A stretch of DNA of 32,000 nucleotides from Crocosphaera subtropica ATCC 51142 (GTDB lineage: Bacteria; Cyanobacteriota; Cyanobacteriia; Cyanobacteriales; Microcystaceae): assembly GCF_000017845.1 (NCBI RefSeq), contig NC_010546.1, positions 30,001 to 62,000 on the forward strand, read 5' to 3'. The notes beneath the pieces are model-generated. The model saw only the letters and a program-made list of their open reading frames with translations, was not told the origin of the DNA and made no database searches. Both the position numbers and the translations under genes were made by a program. Positions 1-8,125 of this stretch are shown here, in pieces; positions within the stretch are counted from its first letter, which is position 1; every line of letters begins with the position of its first letter.

Positions 1-123
1 ATGGAGGTTGGAGTAGAGAGGTCTTGACCAAGGAATCTTCTCGACAAGTATGCAGTCCAGGTAAAGTTTATGAAATTACTCTAGGGTAAGTTGTACATGG
101 GAATTACGAAACTGAAAGTTATA

Positions 124-235
124 TAACGTGAGTTCGGTGTTAGGAGTTATTCTTTTGTCAACGGGATCATCGGAAGTTCCGACTTCAAATTTGTTATTAG
201 TTATCCACAAATTCCCTTTCGTCGAACTCACGTTA
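124..235. repeat. 13-bp perfect inverted repeat pair downstream of ald, with an internal small hairpin
   Basis: TAACGTGAGTTCG (124-136) is the exact reverse complement of CGAACTCACGTTA (223-235). The internal hairpin is GAAGT-TCCG-ACTTC (173-186). No ORF covers the region. Confidence 0.6.
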
Positions 236-291
236 ATCATGAAAAAAACTAATACTCTTGTCTACAGCTAAAATTCACTCATTTCATTATC

Positions 292-1380
292 CTAACCGAT
301 TAAATCTTGGAACACTTCTTGTACAGCAGGATGAACTAATACCCCGTCTTTGACATTAACCCCTTTAGCTAAACTAGCATCTTTTTCTAAGGCATCTAAC
401 CCATCATTAGCCAATTTCAACACATAGGGTAAGGTACTATTATTCAAGGCTTGGGTCGCTGTCCAAGGAACGGCACCAGGCATATTAGGAACCCCGAAAT
501 GAACCACTCCTTCCTCGACATAGGTAGGGGAACTATGGGAGGTGGTGCGTAGGGTTTCGATACATCCCCCTTGATCCACTGCCACATCCACAATAACCGA
601 TCCAGGACGCATTTTTGAGACTAATTCCCTAGACACTAAAGTTGGGGCGCGTTTTCCTGTGACTAACACTGCACCGATCAATAAATCTGCATTAGGGACT
701 GCTGTTTCAATGCTAGAAACGTTACTATAGAGCAGTTCTACCCGTGAACCAAAAAGGGTTTCTAAATAAGCTAAACGCTCTACACTGATGTCAAATATTT
801 GCACTTGCGCCCCCATTCCCACTGCAATACGGGCCGCTTCTGTGCCAACTACACCCCCTCCTAAAATGACCACACGCCCCGCAAAAACGCCAGGAATGCC
901 CCCTAAAAGAACCCCACGACCCCCTTGTTGTTTTTCTAAATATCTCGCCCCAAACTGTACGGATAAGCGGCCAGCAATGATGCTCATAGGGGTTAGTAGG
1001 GGAAGTCTTCTGTCGGAAAGTTCAACGGTTTCATAAGCAATGGCTGTTATTTGAGATGAGAGTAAAGCTTTTGTTAAGTCTTTATCTGCTGCTAAATGTA
1101 AATAGGTAAACAGTATTTTGGCTGTGTTGAGATAGGGATATTCTTGACTGAGCGGTTCTTTAACTTTTACCACTAATTCTTGTTCCCATGCTTGCGCTGC
1201 ACTGGAAACAATTTTCGCCCCCGCTTGTTCGTATTCTTGGTCTGTAAAACCTGACCCTATTCCGGCTTTGGTTTCTACAGAAACTTGATGTCCTTTATCA
1301 CATAATGCCCTGACACTATTAGGACTTAACCCAACCCGAAATTCTTGATCTTTAATCTCTTTAGGGACACCAATTTTCAT
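292..1380 (-). CDS. ald: Alanine dehydrogenase
   Basis: Canonical N-terminus MKIGVPKEIK and Rossmann motif VVILGGGVVGTEAARIA, with full-length Ald-like sequence. I chose the ATG at 1380 because GAGGA lies 6 nt upstream; the ORF-track start at 1392 is a GTG that overlaps this SD. Confidence 0.92.
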   Translation of the reverse strand: MKIGVPKEIKDQEFRVGLSPNSVRALCDKGHQVSVETKAGIGSGFTDQEYEQAGAKIVSSAAQAWEQELVVKVKEPLSQEYPYLNTAKILFTYLHLAADKDLTKALLSSQITAIAYETVELSDRRLPLLTPMSIIAGRLSVQFGARYLEKQQGGRGVLLGGIPGVFAGRVVILGGGVVGTEAARIAVGMGAQVQIFDISVERLAYLETLFGSRVELLYSNVSSIETAVPNADLLIGAVLVTGKRAPTLVSRELVSKMRPGSVIVDVAVDQGGCIETLRTTSHSSPTYVEEGVVHFGVPNMPGAVPWTATQALNNSTLPYVLKLANDGLDALEKDASLAKGVNVKDGVLVHPAVQEVFQDLIG

Positions 1381-1477
1381 ATAATTCCTCACACCTAATT
1401 AATCTTTAATATAGCTTACAAAAACTTTTTGAGAATTGCTAGGATTATCACTGTTTATAACTGTTGCACTTTAAAAA

Positions 1478-2005
1478 CTATGGTTTAGTATTTCCTCCTC
1501 GCAAAAACCAACCTAAAACACCGCTAATAGTAGCAGTGATGCTGATAATCACAAACTGTCTCCAATTCTTTAATTCTCCCACTTTTTCGGCTAAGTCAGG
1601 AATTTTATCGACAGCAGGTTTCCAGGTTTCTAAACGGGTGTCTACCATCACTAATTGTTTATCAACTTCTATTAATTTTTCTTTTAACTGAGTTTGTCCT
1701 TTTTCTACACTGGTGAGTCGAGTGTCAACGTTAGTTAATTGAGTTTCTATACTGGTGAGTCGAGTGTCAACGTTAGTTAATTGAGTTTCTACACTGGTGA
1801 GTCGAGTGTCAACGTTAGTTAATTGAGTTTCTACACTGGTGAGTCGAGTGTCAACGTTAGTTAATTGAGTTTCTACACTGGTGAGTCTTGTGTCAACATT
1901 AGTTAATTGAGTTTCTATATTAGTCAATCGATTTTCTAAGACTTGATGATTACCGATAATCAAATCTTTGAGTTCTTTGAGATCATTTTCTGTGACTTTT
2001 GCCAT
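1478..2005 (-). CDS. Tail-anchored coiled-coil protein with 14-aa tandem repeats (TRLTSVETQLTNVD); function unknown, possibly XhlA-like
   Basis: 175-aa ORF with heptad-like repeats. It has a single C-terminal hydrophobic helix (FVIISITATISGVLGWFL). The repeat is encoded by the 42-bp DNA tandem array. Confidence 0.75.
   Translation of the reverse strand: MAKVTENDLKELKDLIIGNHQVLENRLTNIETQLTNVDTRLTSVETQLTNVDTRLTSVETQLTNVDTRLTSVETQLTNVDTRLTSIETQLTNVDTRLTSVEKGQTQLKEKLIEVDKQLVMVDTRLETWKPAVDKIPDLAEKVGELKNWRQFVIISITATISGVLGWFLRGGNTKP
1709..1918. repeat. Tandem repeat, 5 copies of a 42-bp unit (ACTGGTGAGTCGAGTGTCAACGTTAGTTAATTGAGTTTCTAC)
   Basis: Units start at 1709, 1751, 1793, 1835 and 1877. Copies 2-4 are identical, copy 1 differs by 1 nt and copy 5 by 4 nt. 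Degenerate copies flank both ends. Confidence 0.97.
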
Positions 2006-2169
2006 TATTTATGCTCAAATTATTGGGACTATTTTTATTCTACTAGGAGCAGCCCTTTCAGAATTATCTCTAAAACATTTTTTTGCTTAAAGATCGCCAT
2101 TATTGGCAATGTGGTGAATTTGCATGATCTTTATTGATCAGTAATGACACATTAATGACATAACAGTTT

Positions 2170-2258
2170 TTTAGCGTTTAAATATAAGTTAAATAGATAA
2201 GGTACAAAAGTGATCGCTACCTAACCAGCTAGTTTACAACTCAAATGGAAACGCTATA
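2170..2258. mobile_element. Possible small MITE-like remnant with IS630-IR-like termini
   Basis: Perfect 8-bp inverted repeat TAGCGTTT (2172-2179) / AAACGCTA (2249-2256). The right end, TGGAAACGCTATAT, resembles the IS630 terminus TGGGAAATGCTATAT at 9150-9164. It is intergenic. Confidence 0.25.
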
Positions 2259-2306
2259 TTGTTATTTTACTACCAAATTTTTTACACAATCTTTCAAAAA
2301 TTATCA

Positions 2307-3401
2307 TTAATTAAGAAATTGTTTCAAAGTCTCTAAAGTTTTTTCTCCTGTGGTTTGCCAACTAAATTTTTTAGCTTGTTGTAAACCGAGGATTTTTAAC
2401 TGCGATCGCAACTTATCATCTCTGGCAATTGTTTCCATTGCTGCTGTTATTTCTTCTACATTATAAGGGTTAATTAATAAACCTGCATCTCCTGCGACTT
2501 CAGGTAAGGAAGAAATATTAGAAGTAATAATAGGAGTGCCACAACCCATTGCTTCAAGGACTGGAAAACCAAACCCTTCCCATAAGGAAGGAAAGACTAA
2601 AGCTAAGGCTTGATTTATAATAATTGGTAACTGTTCATATTCTACATAATCAAGGATTTTGAGTTGTTGTTTAATGCCGAATGCTTGAGCTTGTTCTATC
2701 AATTTAGGGGTATAGCGTTTATCTGTTGGTCCAGCTAACCAAAGTTGATAATTTTTGTTATTTTTTAAGTTAGCAAACGCTTCGATAATACGGTTAACAT
2801 TTTTATGAGGATCATGACGACCTAAATAGAGAAAATAGGGAACAGTACCAGCATTTTTTTGAATAGTTAAAGGTCTAAAATGTTGATCATCGTAAGCGAG
2901 TAAAATAGGGGTTATTTTTTGAGCAGGAATATTAAAAATATCAACGATATCTTTAGCCGTTGCTTGAGAATTACAGATAATATGTTCAGCTTGTTTGAGA
3001 ACTTGGGGAATATAATATTTAAAATAAGGAGTTAAGGGAGATATCTTTTTAGGGAAGCGTAAAGGAATTAAATCATGCACCATGACCACAGAACGACATT
3101 GACTATATAAGGGTGCTTCAGGAACAGGAGAAAATAGTAAAGATGCTGATGATGTATGATAAATTTTTGGTAGTCGAAATTGTGTCCAAAGTAAACGGTT
3201 TAAATGTCCTTTTGTGCCTTGTTCTGGGGTTAGATTATTAGGGACTAAATAAGTATTGAAATCTTGGTATTGTTGAGAGGATAATAAGGTAGGTTCTAAG
3301 GACTTTAAATAGGGAAAAACATTTTTAGCATAAACGGTTATCCCTGTTGGTTTTGATAATAGTAAAGATAAATTTATCAGTAACTTTGATTGATTATTCA
3401 T
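2307..3401 (-). CDS. Glycosyltransferase family 1 (GT4-type, GT-B fold)
   Basis: C-terminal motif SLWEGFGFPVLEAMGCGTPIITSNISSLPEVAGDAG is typical of GT1/RfaB-like enzymes. I chose the ATG at 3401 (MNNQ...), which sits 2 nt after the stop of the upstream gene; the longer ORF start at 3455 would overlap that gene by 52 nt. Confidence 0.85.
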   Translation of the reverse strand: MNNQSKLLINLSLLLSKPTGITVYAKNVFPYLKSLEPTLLSSQQYQDFNTYLVPNNLTPEQGTKGHLNRLLWTQFRLPKIYHTSSASLLFSPVPEAPLYSQCRSVVMVHDLIPLRFPKKISPLTPYFKYYIPQVLKQAEHIICNSQATAKDIVDIFNIPAQKITPILLAYDDQHFRPLTIQKNAGTVPYFLYLGRHDPHKNVNRIIEAFANLKNNKNYQLWLAGPTDKRYTPKLIEQAQAFGIKQQLKILDYVEYEQLPIIINQALALVFPSLWEGFGFPVLEAMGCGTPIITSNISSLPEVAGDAGLLINPYNVEEITAAMETIARDDKLRSQLKILGLQQAKKFSWQTTGEKTLETLKQFLN

Positions 3402-3403
3402 TC

Positions 3404-4561
3404 TCAAATAATAGATTGATACACATTTAATGTTGCTTCTGCTGTTTTTTCCCAAGAAAACTGCTCTGCTTGTATTTTACCCTTATTGATCATCTCTTTT
3501 CTTAACGTAGAATTATCTATAACTTTTAACATAATTTGTGCTAATTGATAATAGTCAGTAGGGTCAATATACAACGCTGCATCCCCTGCCACTTCGGGTA
3601 AAGAAGAAGTATGAGAAGTAATAACAGGGGAACCTAATGTCATAGCTTCAAGTATGGGTAAACCAAATCCTTCATAAAAAGATGGATAGATAAAAGCTTC
3701 TGCTTGACTATAAAAAATAGCAACTAATTCATCAGAAATATAGTCTAAATGTTGAATATCGTCTTTGAATTGTGATGTGTTTATCTTATTAAAAATATCT
3801 TTATAATTCCAGCCTTTTTTACCAATTAATATTAACTGATGAGGAATTTTATAGTTTTGTTTGAGATATTCAAATGCTTCTATTAGAGTTAAAATATTTT
3901 TTCTTGGTTCTAAGGTACTGACAAAAAGAAAATAGGGTTTATATAGATAATAATCAATTATATTACGATTATCGTAGAGTATTTGACGGGTTAAATAATT
4001 AGGAGAATAACGACTTGCTTGGGGAGTTACATAAATAATATTGGGATCAATATTCAGTAATTGGATAATATCTTGTTTGGTACTTTCTGAAAAAGTAATA
4101 ATAGCATCTGTCCAAGATAAACAGCGTTTAATTCTTTTTAGATAACCTTTGACAATTTTGGTTGAATAGTTTGGAAACTTGATAAAAGTTAAATCATGAA
4201 TAGTCATGATTTTTATGGCTTTTCTATAGGGAAAAATATAATGATCTGTTCCTTGAATAATATCAGGTTGGTCTAAATGTGTTTCAAAATAAGGTAGGAT
4301 AAAAGGAACATATTTAGCCAAGATATTAGCAACACTAACAGGAATAGGTAAAGACGAAACTTGGAGATATGGAGTTAATAATTCTGGTGTTGATAAATTT
4401 CGGTTTAACCAATTTTTGACAGAAGGATGAAAATAAATATCTAAGATAAAATTGTTTTCTTCTTGCAGTCGATATAATGCTTGAATTAAATTTAGGGTAT
4501 AAACACCAATACCGGTTAATTTTCCTCTAACGGGAGTCGCATCAATAGAAACTTTAAACAT
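3404..4561 (-). CDS. Glycosyltransferase family 1 (GT4-type)
   Basis: Motif SFYEGFGLPILEAMTLGSPVITSHTSSLPEVAGDAA in a 385-aa GT-B-like layout. Confidence 0.85.
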   Translation of the reverse strand: MFKVSIDATPVRGKLTGIGVYTLNLIQALYRLQEENNFILDIYFHPSVKNWLNRNLSTPELLTPYLQVSSLPIPVSVANILAKYVPFILPYFETHLDQPDIIQGTDHYIFPYRKAIKIMTIHDLTFIKFPNYSTKIVKGYLKRIKRCLSWTDAIITFSESTKQDIIQLLNIDPNIIYVTPQASRYSPNYLTRQILYDNRNIIDYYLYKPYFLFVSTLEPRKNILTLIEAFEYLKQNYKIPHQLILIGKKGWNYKDIFNKINTSQFKDDIQHLDYISDELVAIFYSQAEAFIYPSFYEGFGLPILEAMTLGSPVITSHTSSLPEVAGDAALYIDPTDYYQLAQIMLKVIDNSTLRKEMINKGKIQAEQFSWEKTAEATLNVYQSII

Positions 4562-4565
4562 GAGT

Positions 4566-5738
4566 TTAAATCATCATTTCTTGGTAAATTTGATTGATAA
4601 CACAGGCATAATTATCTACACTATGAAATTGTTGATAACTTTGCTGCATTTTCTTTATTTTATCTTGAATAATGTCACTTTTAATAACTTTTCTAATAGT
4701 ATCAAAAACTTGCGATGGTTCTTGCCAATCAATAATTAATTCTGGTAAATTATGTTTTGTTAACTCGTAGGCCATCCATGTATCCTTCGTAACTAAAGGG
4801 GTTTTTCCGGCCATAATACACTCTGTGAATATTCCTGATGTTCTTCCTTCATAAGCAGGAAAACTATAAGGTAATAAAATGATTTGACTTAACCCAAACC
4901 AATGATAATATTGTTCTCTTGTGAGATGATTATCAATTAATTTTAAATTAACACCATTTTCTACAGATTTTAATTGTGTCTTTTCTGCACATACTAAATT
5001 AATATTTTTGGTATTTTCTCCTGAATAATTAACTAAATTGTTTATAATTTTTAATCCTTTTTCTTCCCTAGGAGAACCCGGCCACCAACATAAAATATGA
5101 GATGAATCAAGAGCATTTATGTTACAATGATTAATGTCAGTATGAGGAATCGGCATGACCATAACCGTTTCTTTAAAGTAACTAGATAAAGACTCACTGA
5201 GGCGATCGCTATCCGTTAAAAGCTTAAATTTCCCTGGTGGTAATTGTTTTTTGATCAAAGCATTAAGGAACTTATAAATAGAGCGAGTTTTATCTTTATG
5301 GGTATCTCTTCGATACAACAACCAAACCGATAACTGATCCGTAGGAACCCATAATAAAGCAAGATATAAAGCGAATAATTGTAAATGAATAAATCTTTCT
5401 AGAAAAATTACAGATAATTCTGACTGGTTAATAACATTAGTTTGCAAATAATTTCTAATACTTATGGATAATTGCCAAGTTCCTTGAATTCTCAAAAACT
5501 TCTGAATAATATTCCCTTCTTCTTCTAAATCATAGTTGTTTAAACACGCATCCCACCCCGACGGCAAATTATCAACTTTGTTGTCAATAGGGACCGTAAT
5601 TTTATGTTTCCATCCTAACTTATTTACGGCTTTATTAACTGATTGATGATAAGGAAGAATATGACCTTCACCTTCCATTAAATTAGGAATTAATGATACA
5701 AATATCGGTGATAATGTCTGTCCCTCATCTTGACTCAT
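4566..5738 (-). CDS. Hypothetical protein, possibly a divergent GT-B-fold glycosyltransferase
   Basis: 390-aa ORF packed in the operon with 4-nt and 13-nt gaps. The C-terminal segment LLPYSFPAYEGRTSGIFTECIMAGKTPLV loosely resembles the GT1 E-x7-E region. I recognise no clear family. Confidence 0.6.
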   Translation of the reverse strand: MSQDEGQTLSPIFVSLIPNLMEGEGHILPYHQSVNKAVNKLGWKHKITVPIDNKVDNLPSGWDACLNNYDLEEEGNIIQKFLRIQGTWQLSISIRNYLQTNVINQSELSVIFLERFIHLQLFALYLALLWVPTDQLSVWLLYRRDTHKDKTRSIYKFLNALIKKQLPPGKFKLLTDSDRLSESLSSYFKETVMVMPIPHTDINHCNINALDSSHILCWWPGSPREEKGLKIINNLVNYSGENTKNINLVCAEKTQLKSVENGVNLKLIDNHLTREQYYHWFGLSQIILLPYSFPAYEGRTSGIFTECIMAGKTPLVTKDTWMAYELTKHNLPELIIDWQEPSQVFDTIRKVIKSDIIQDKIKKMQQSYQQFHSVDNYACVINQIYQEMMI

Positions 5739-5751
5739 GGTTAATTCTTAA

Positions 5752-6318
5752 CTAAGGTTTAAGCAGTTTAACTGTATCCTGTAAACTATCAAAAATTTCA
5801 ACTTTACGGGGATATTTAGCAATGTTTTCTAGGGTTTCTTGTCCTCTTCCGGTTAAAACTAAAACCGGTTCACATTCAGCATTGATAGCACATTCTACAT
5901 CGCTAGGGGCATCTCCTACAAAAAAAGATTGGGATAGAGAAATACCATGTTTTTTAGAAGCATCGATCAACATTTTAGGGGACGGCTTACGACAGGAGCA
6001 ATTCTCTTGAGGGTGATGGGGACATAAAAAAATATCATCGAATGTTACCCCAAACTTTCCATATTCATCAATAATATAATTGTGTACATTGTCTACATCT
6101 TCTAAGGTGTAGTAACCCCTTCCAACTCCCGCTTGATTCGTGATTAAAATCAACAAATAACCGGCATCTTGCCATCGTTTTAGAGCTTCCCCTGCACCCA
6201 GAGGAAGCTCAACTTGTTCCGGTTGACTCAGATAAGGAACATATTTGATGACAACCCCATCTCTATCCAAAAATAGAGCCTTTTGGAGTTGTGTATAAGG
6301 GGTAAGAGTTGTGATCAT
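5752..6318 (-). CDS. gmhB: D-glycero-D-manno-heptose 1,7-bisphosphate phosphatase (HAD superfamily)
   Basis: HAD motif I LFLDRDGVV, the Zn-finger-like CPHHP...CSCRKPSPKM, and motif FVGDAPSDVECA. At 188 aa the size is typical of GmhB. Confidence 0.85.
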   Translation of the reverse strand: MITTLTPYTQLQKALFLDRDGVVIKYVPYLSQPEQVELPLGAGEALKRWQDAGYLLILITNQAGVGRGYYTLEDVDNVHNYIIDEYGKFGVTFDDIFLCPHHPQENCSCRKPSPKMLIDASKKHGISLSQSFFVGDAPSDVECAINAECEPVLVLTGRGQETLENIAKYPRKVEIFDSLQDTVKLLKP

Positions 6319-6329
6319 CTTGACGCTTA

Positions 6330-6920
6330 TTAGACGGCGATTTGGGCTTCTAAACCAGCCTTAGCAAACAATTGTGCCTCCACCTGCTCACAAATACGAT
6401 GATAAGTGATTAAGTGAATTTCTTGAATATAAGGGGTGTGATATTCTGAAACAAATAAAGGATAATCCGTTAAATCCTTTAACATTCCCCCGTTGTTACC
6501 TGCCATACCAATGGTGAGCAAGCCTAAATCTTTGGCCATTTCCATCGCACGAATCACATTAGCCGACTTACCAGAGGTCGAAATTCCCCAGAGAATGTCT
6601 CCTGGTTGAGCAAATGCCTCGACTTGACGGGCAAAAACTGTCTCAAACTCATAGTCATTCGACCATGCTGTTAAGGTAGCAGGATTTGTTCCTAATGCGA
6701 TCGCAGGTAATCCTTTACGATGTAATTGAAACCTTCCGACAAACTCGGCTGCAATGTGCTGAGCATCGGCTGCGGAGCCTCCGTTACCACAGATTAGCAG
6801 TTTATTTCCTGCTTTAAACTGCCGAGCTACAATACCAATGGTATGTTCTAATGCACGACAGTATTTAGGGTTAAACGCTTGTTCTAGGCAATTTAGCCTA
6901 TGTTGAATCCAATAGTTCAC
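6330..6920 (-). CDS. gmhA: D-sedoheptulose 7-phosphate isomerase (SIS domain)
   Basis: ICGNGGSAADAQHIAAEFVGRF and GISTSGKSANVI motifs; 196 aa. Confidence 0.9.
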   Translation of the reverse strand: MNYWIQHRLNCLEQAFNPKYCRALEHTIGIVARQFKAGNKLLICGNGGSAADAQHIAAEFVGRFQLHRKGLPAIALGTNPATLTAWSNDYEFETVFARQVEAFAQPGDILWGISTSGKSANVIRAMEMAKDLGLLTIGMAGNNGGMLKDLTDYPLFVSEYHTPYIQEIHLITYHRICEQVEAQLFAKAGLEAQIAV

Positions 6921-6941
6921 CGTTCCTTCCTCACATATCAG

Positions 6942-7874
6942 TTAATGAGCAGGGACAAGTTTTTCTTGCTCCTGCCAAAACCACTCAATTGTTTTCGTTA
7001 ATCCTAATTCTAATGGAGTTAAGCCAAAATTGGGTAAAGATTGCTTAAGTTTGTCAACAACTAAGCATTTAGACTTAGCTCCCACATAACGGGAGGTATC
7101 AAACTGAATATCGTTGAAGTCGTATCCCACTCGCTCACAAATGAGTTTAGCAAAGTGACGAATGGGAAACTCCTCCCCTGCACCGATGTTAATCAGGTCA
7201 TTATTAACAGTTTGGGCTAAGTTCATCGCAATTTTGGCAAAATCCTCCACAAAGACAAGTTCCCGTGATTGGGTGCCGTCTCCCCAAAGGATAACGGGTT
7301 CACCGTACAGTTTACCGCGAATTATCTTACGGATCAGATCGAAGATAAAGTGCATCTGTCGACCATCGGTATGATATCCTGTCCCGTATAGGGTAGAAGG
7401 GACTAAACATAGATAGTTTAAGCCATATTGTTTATTCAGGGCCAAAAGTCCTGCATAGAGCATTCTTTTGGTCATGGCATAAGTAAATAGGCTACTAATG
7501 GGCATCCCTGTTAGATAATTCTCTTCTACTAGAGGTAAGTCGGGATCATAGGCACAACTTGTTCCCATACAAATAAATTTAGCCTGGGGTTGATGTTTTT
7601 GCCACCAAGTTAAAACATTAGTATTCATCTGTTGATTGATGATCCATTGTTCCCCTGGATGATACAAACAAAAGTCTCCTGCTTGGGTCCAGGCCGCTAA
7701 ATGATAAATTTGATCATAGTGAAGATCGTTAAATTGGAGTAACGAGTCTGGTTGAGTCAGATCGCAATTTTTAGAGTTTAATTTGATTAACTCGTGACCT
7801 TGGGTTTCGAGTTGAGAACATAAGTTAGTCCCTAGAAACCCAGATGCACCTGTAATTAAGATTTTCATAGTCAT
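6942..7874 (-). CDS. NAD-dependent epimerase/reductase, GDP-L-fucose synthase (Fcl)-like SDR
   Basis: ILITGASGFLGTNL Rossmann motif and catalytic YAMTKRM (YxxxK). WGDGTQSRELVFVEDFA and the C-terminal FDTSRYVGAKSKCLVVDKL resemble Fcl-type 3,5-epimerase/4-reductases. Confidence 0.8.
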   Translation of the reverse strand: MTMKILITGASGFLGTNLCSQLETQGHELIKLNSKNCDLTQPDSLLQFNDLHYDQIYHLAAWTQAGDFCLYHPGEQWIINQQMNTNVLTWWQKHQPQAKFICMGTSCAYDPDLPLVEENYLTGMPISSLFTYAMTKRMLYAGLLALNKQYGLNYLCLVPSTLYGTGYHTDGRQMHFIFDLIRKIIRGKLYGEPVILWGDGTQSRELVFVEDFAKIAMNLAQTVNNDLINIGAGEEFPIRHFAKLICERVGYDFNDIQFDTSRYVGAKSKCLVVDKLKQSLPNFGLTPLELGLTKTIEWFWQEQEKLVPAH

Positions 7875-7967
7875 ATCCTATGAACAGCATTGACATCTGG
7901 TGAACAGAAGTCAAGTAGAGATACTATAGCCATGACGTAACGTTTTGTAAAGTGTTGCTTACATGAA

Positions 7968-8002
7968 GGCAGGAGGCAGGAGGCAGGAGGCAAGAGGTAG
8001 AA
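7968..8002. repeat. Heptamer tandem array (GGCAGGA x3, GGCAAGA, GGTAGAA), STRR-like
   Basis: Read directly, with period 7 starting at 7968. It lies about 95-130 nt upstream of the minus-strand operon start at 7874. Confidence 0.85.
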
Positions 8003-8125
8003 TATTAGAAGGAGGAGTATAAATAAAATAATACTTAAGCTGATGAGTAAAACGCAACAAGAAGCTAACATTAATGACACGCTTTCTATATTATTAAATA
8101 AAATATGGTATAGCATTTCCCACAG

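Noticed and set aside
99-216. GGGAATT (99-105) / AATTCCC (210-216) pairing that would form a pseudoknot with the 13-bp inverted repeat
   Set aside because: It is only 7 bp, AT-rich, and crosses the stronger helix. There is no supporting evidence, so it is likely chance.
788-1036. Antisense or out-of-frame ORFs inside strong genes (788-1036, 1464-1691, 5822-6010, 7162-7374, 13505-13789, 13816-14061, 15172-15444, 22140-22454, 23468-23674, 24354-24570, 25591-25773, 28408-28734, 29214-29639, 30084-30464, 30606-30914, 31266-31469)
   Set aside because: Each lies wholly within a longer ORF that has clear family motifs. Their translations are low-complexity or Pro/Ser/Thr-rich, as expected for shadow frames.
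1709-1918. The regular 42-bp periodic repeat as a possible CRISPR array
   Set aside because: The units are directly adjacent with no spacers. They lie inside a continuous ORF and translate to a heptad coiled-coil repeat.
7871-8116. 81-aa minus-strand ORF between the sugar operon and the IS
   Set aside because: It runs through the GGCAGGA heptamer array and into the IS630 terminal repeat. The low-complexity Leu/Ile-rich translation is an artefact of the repeats, and there is no plausible start context.
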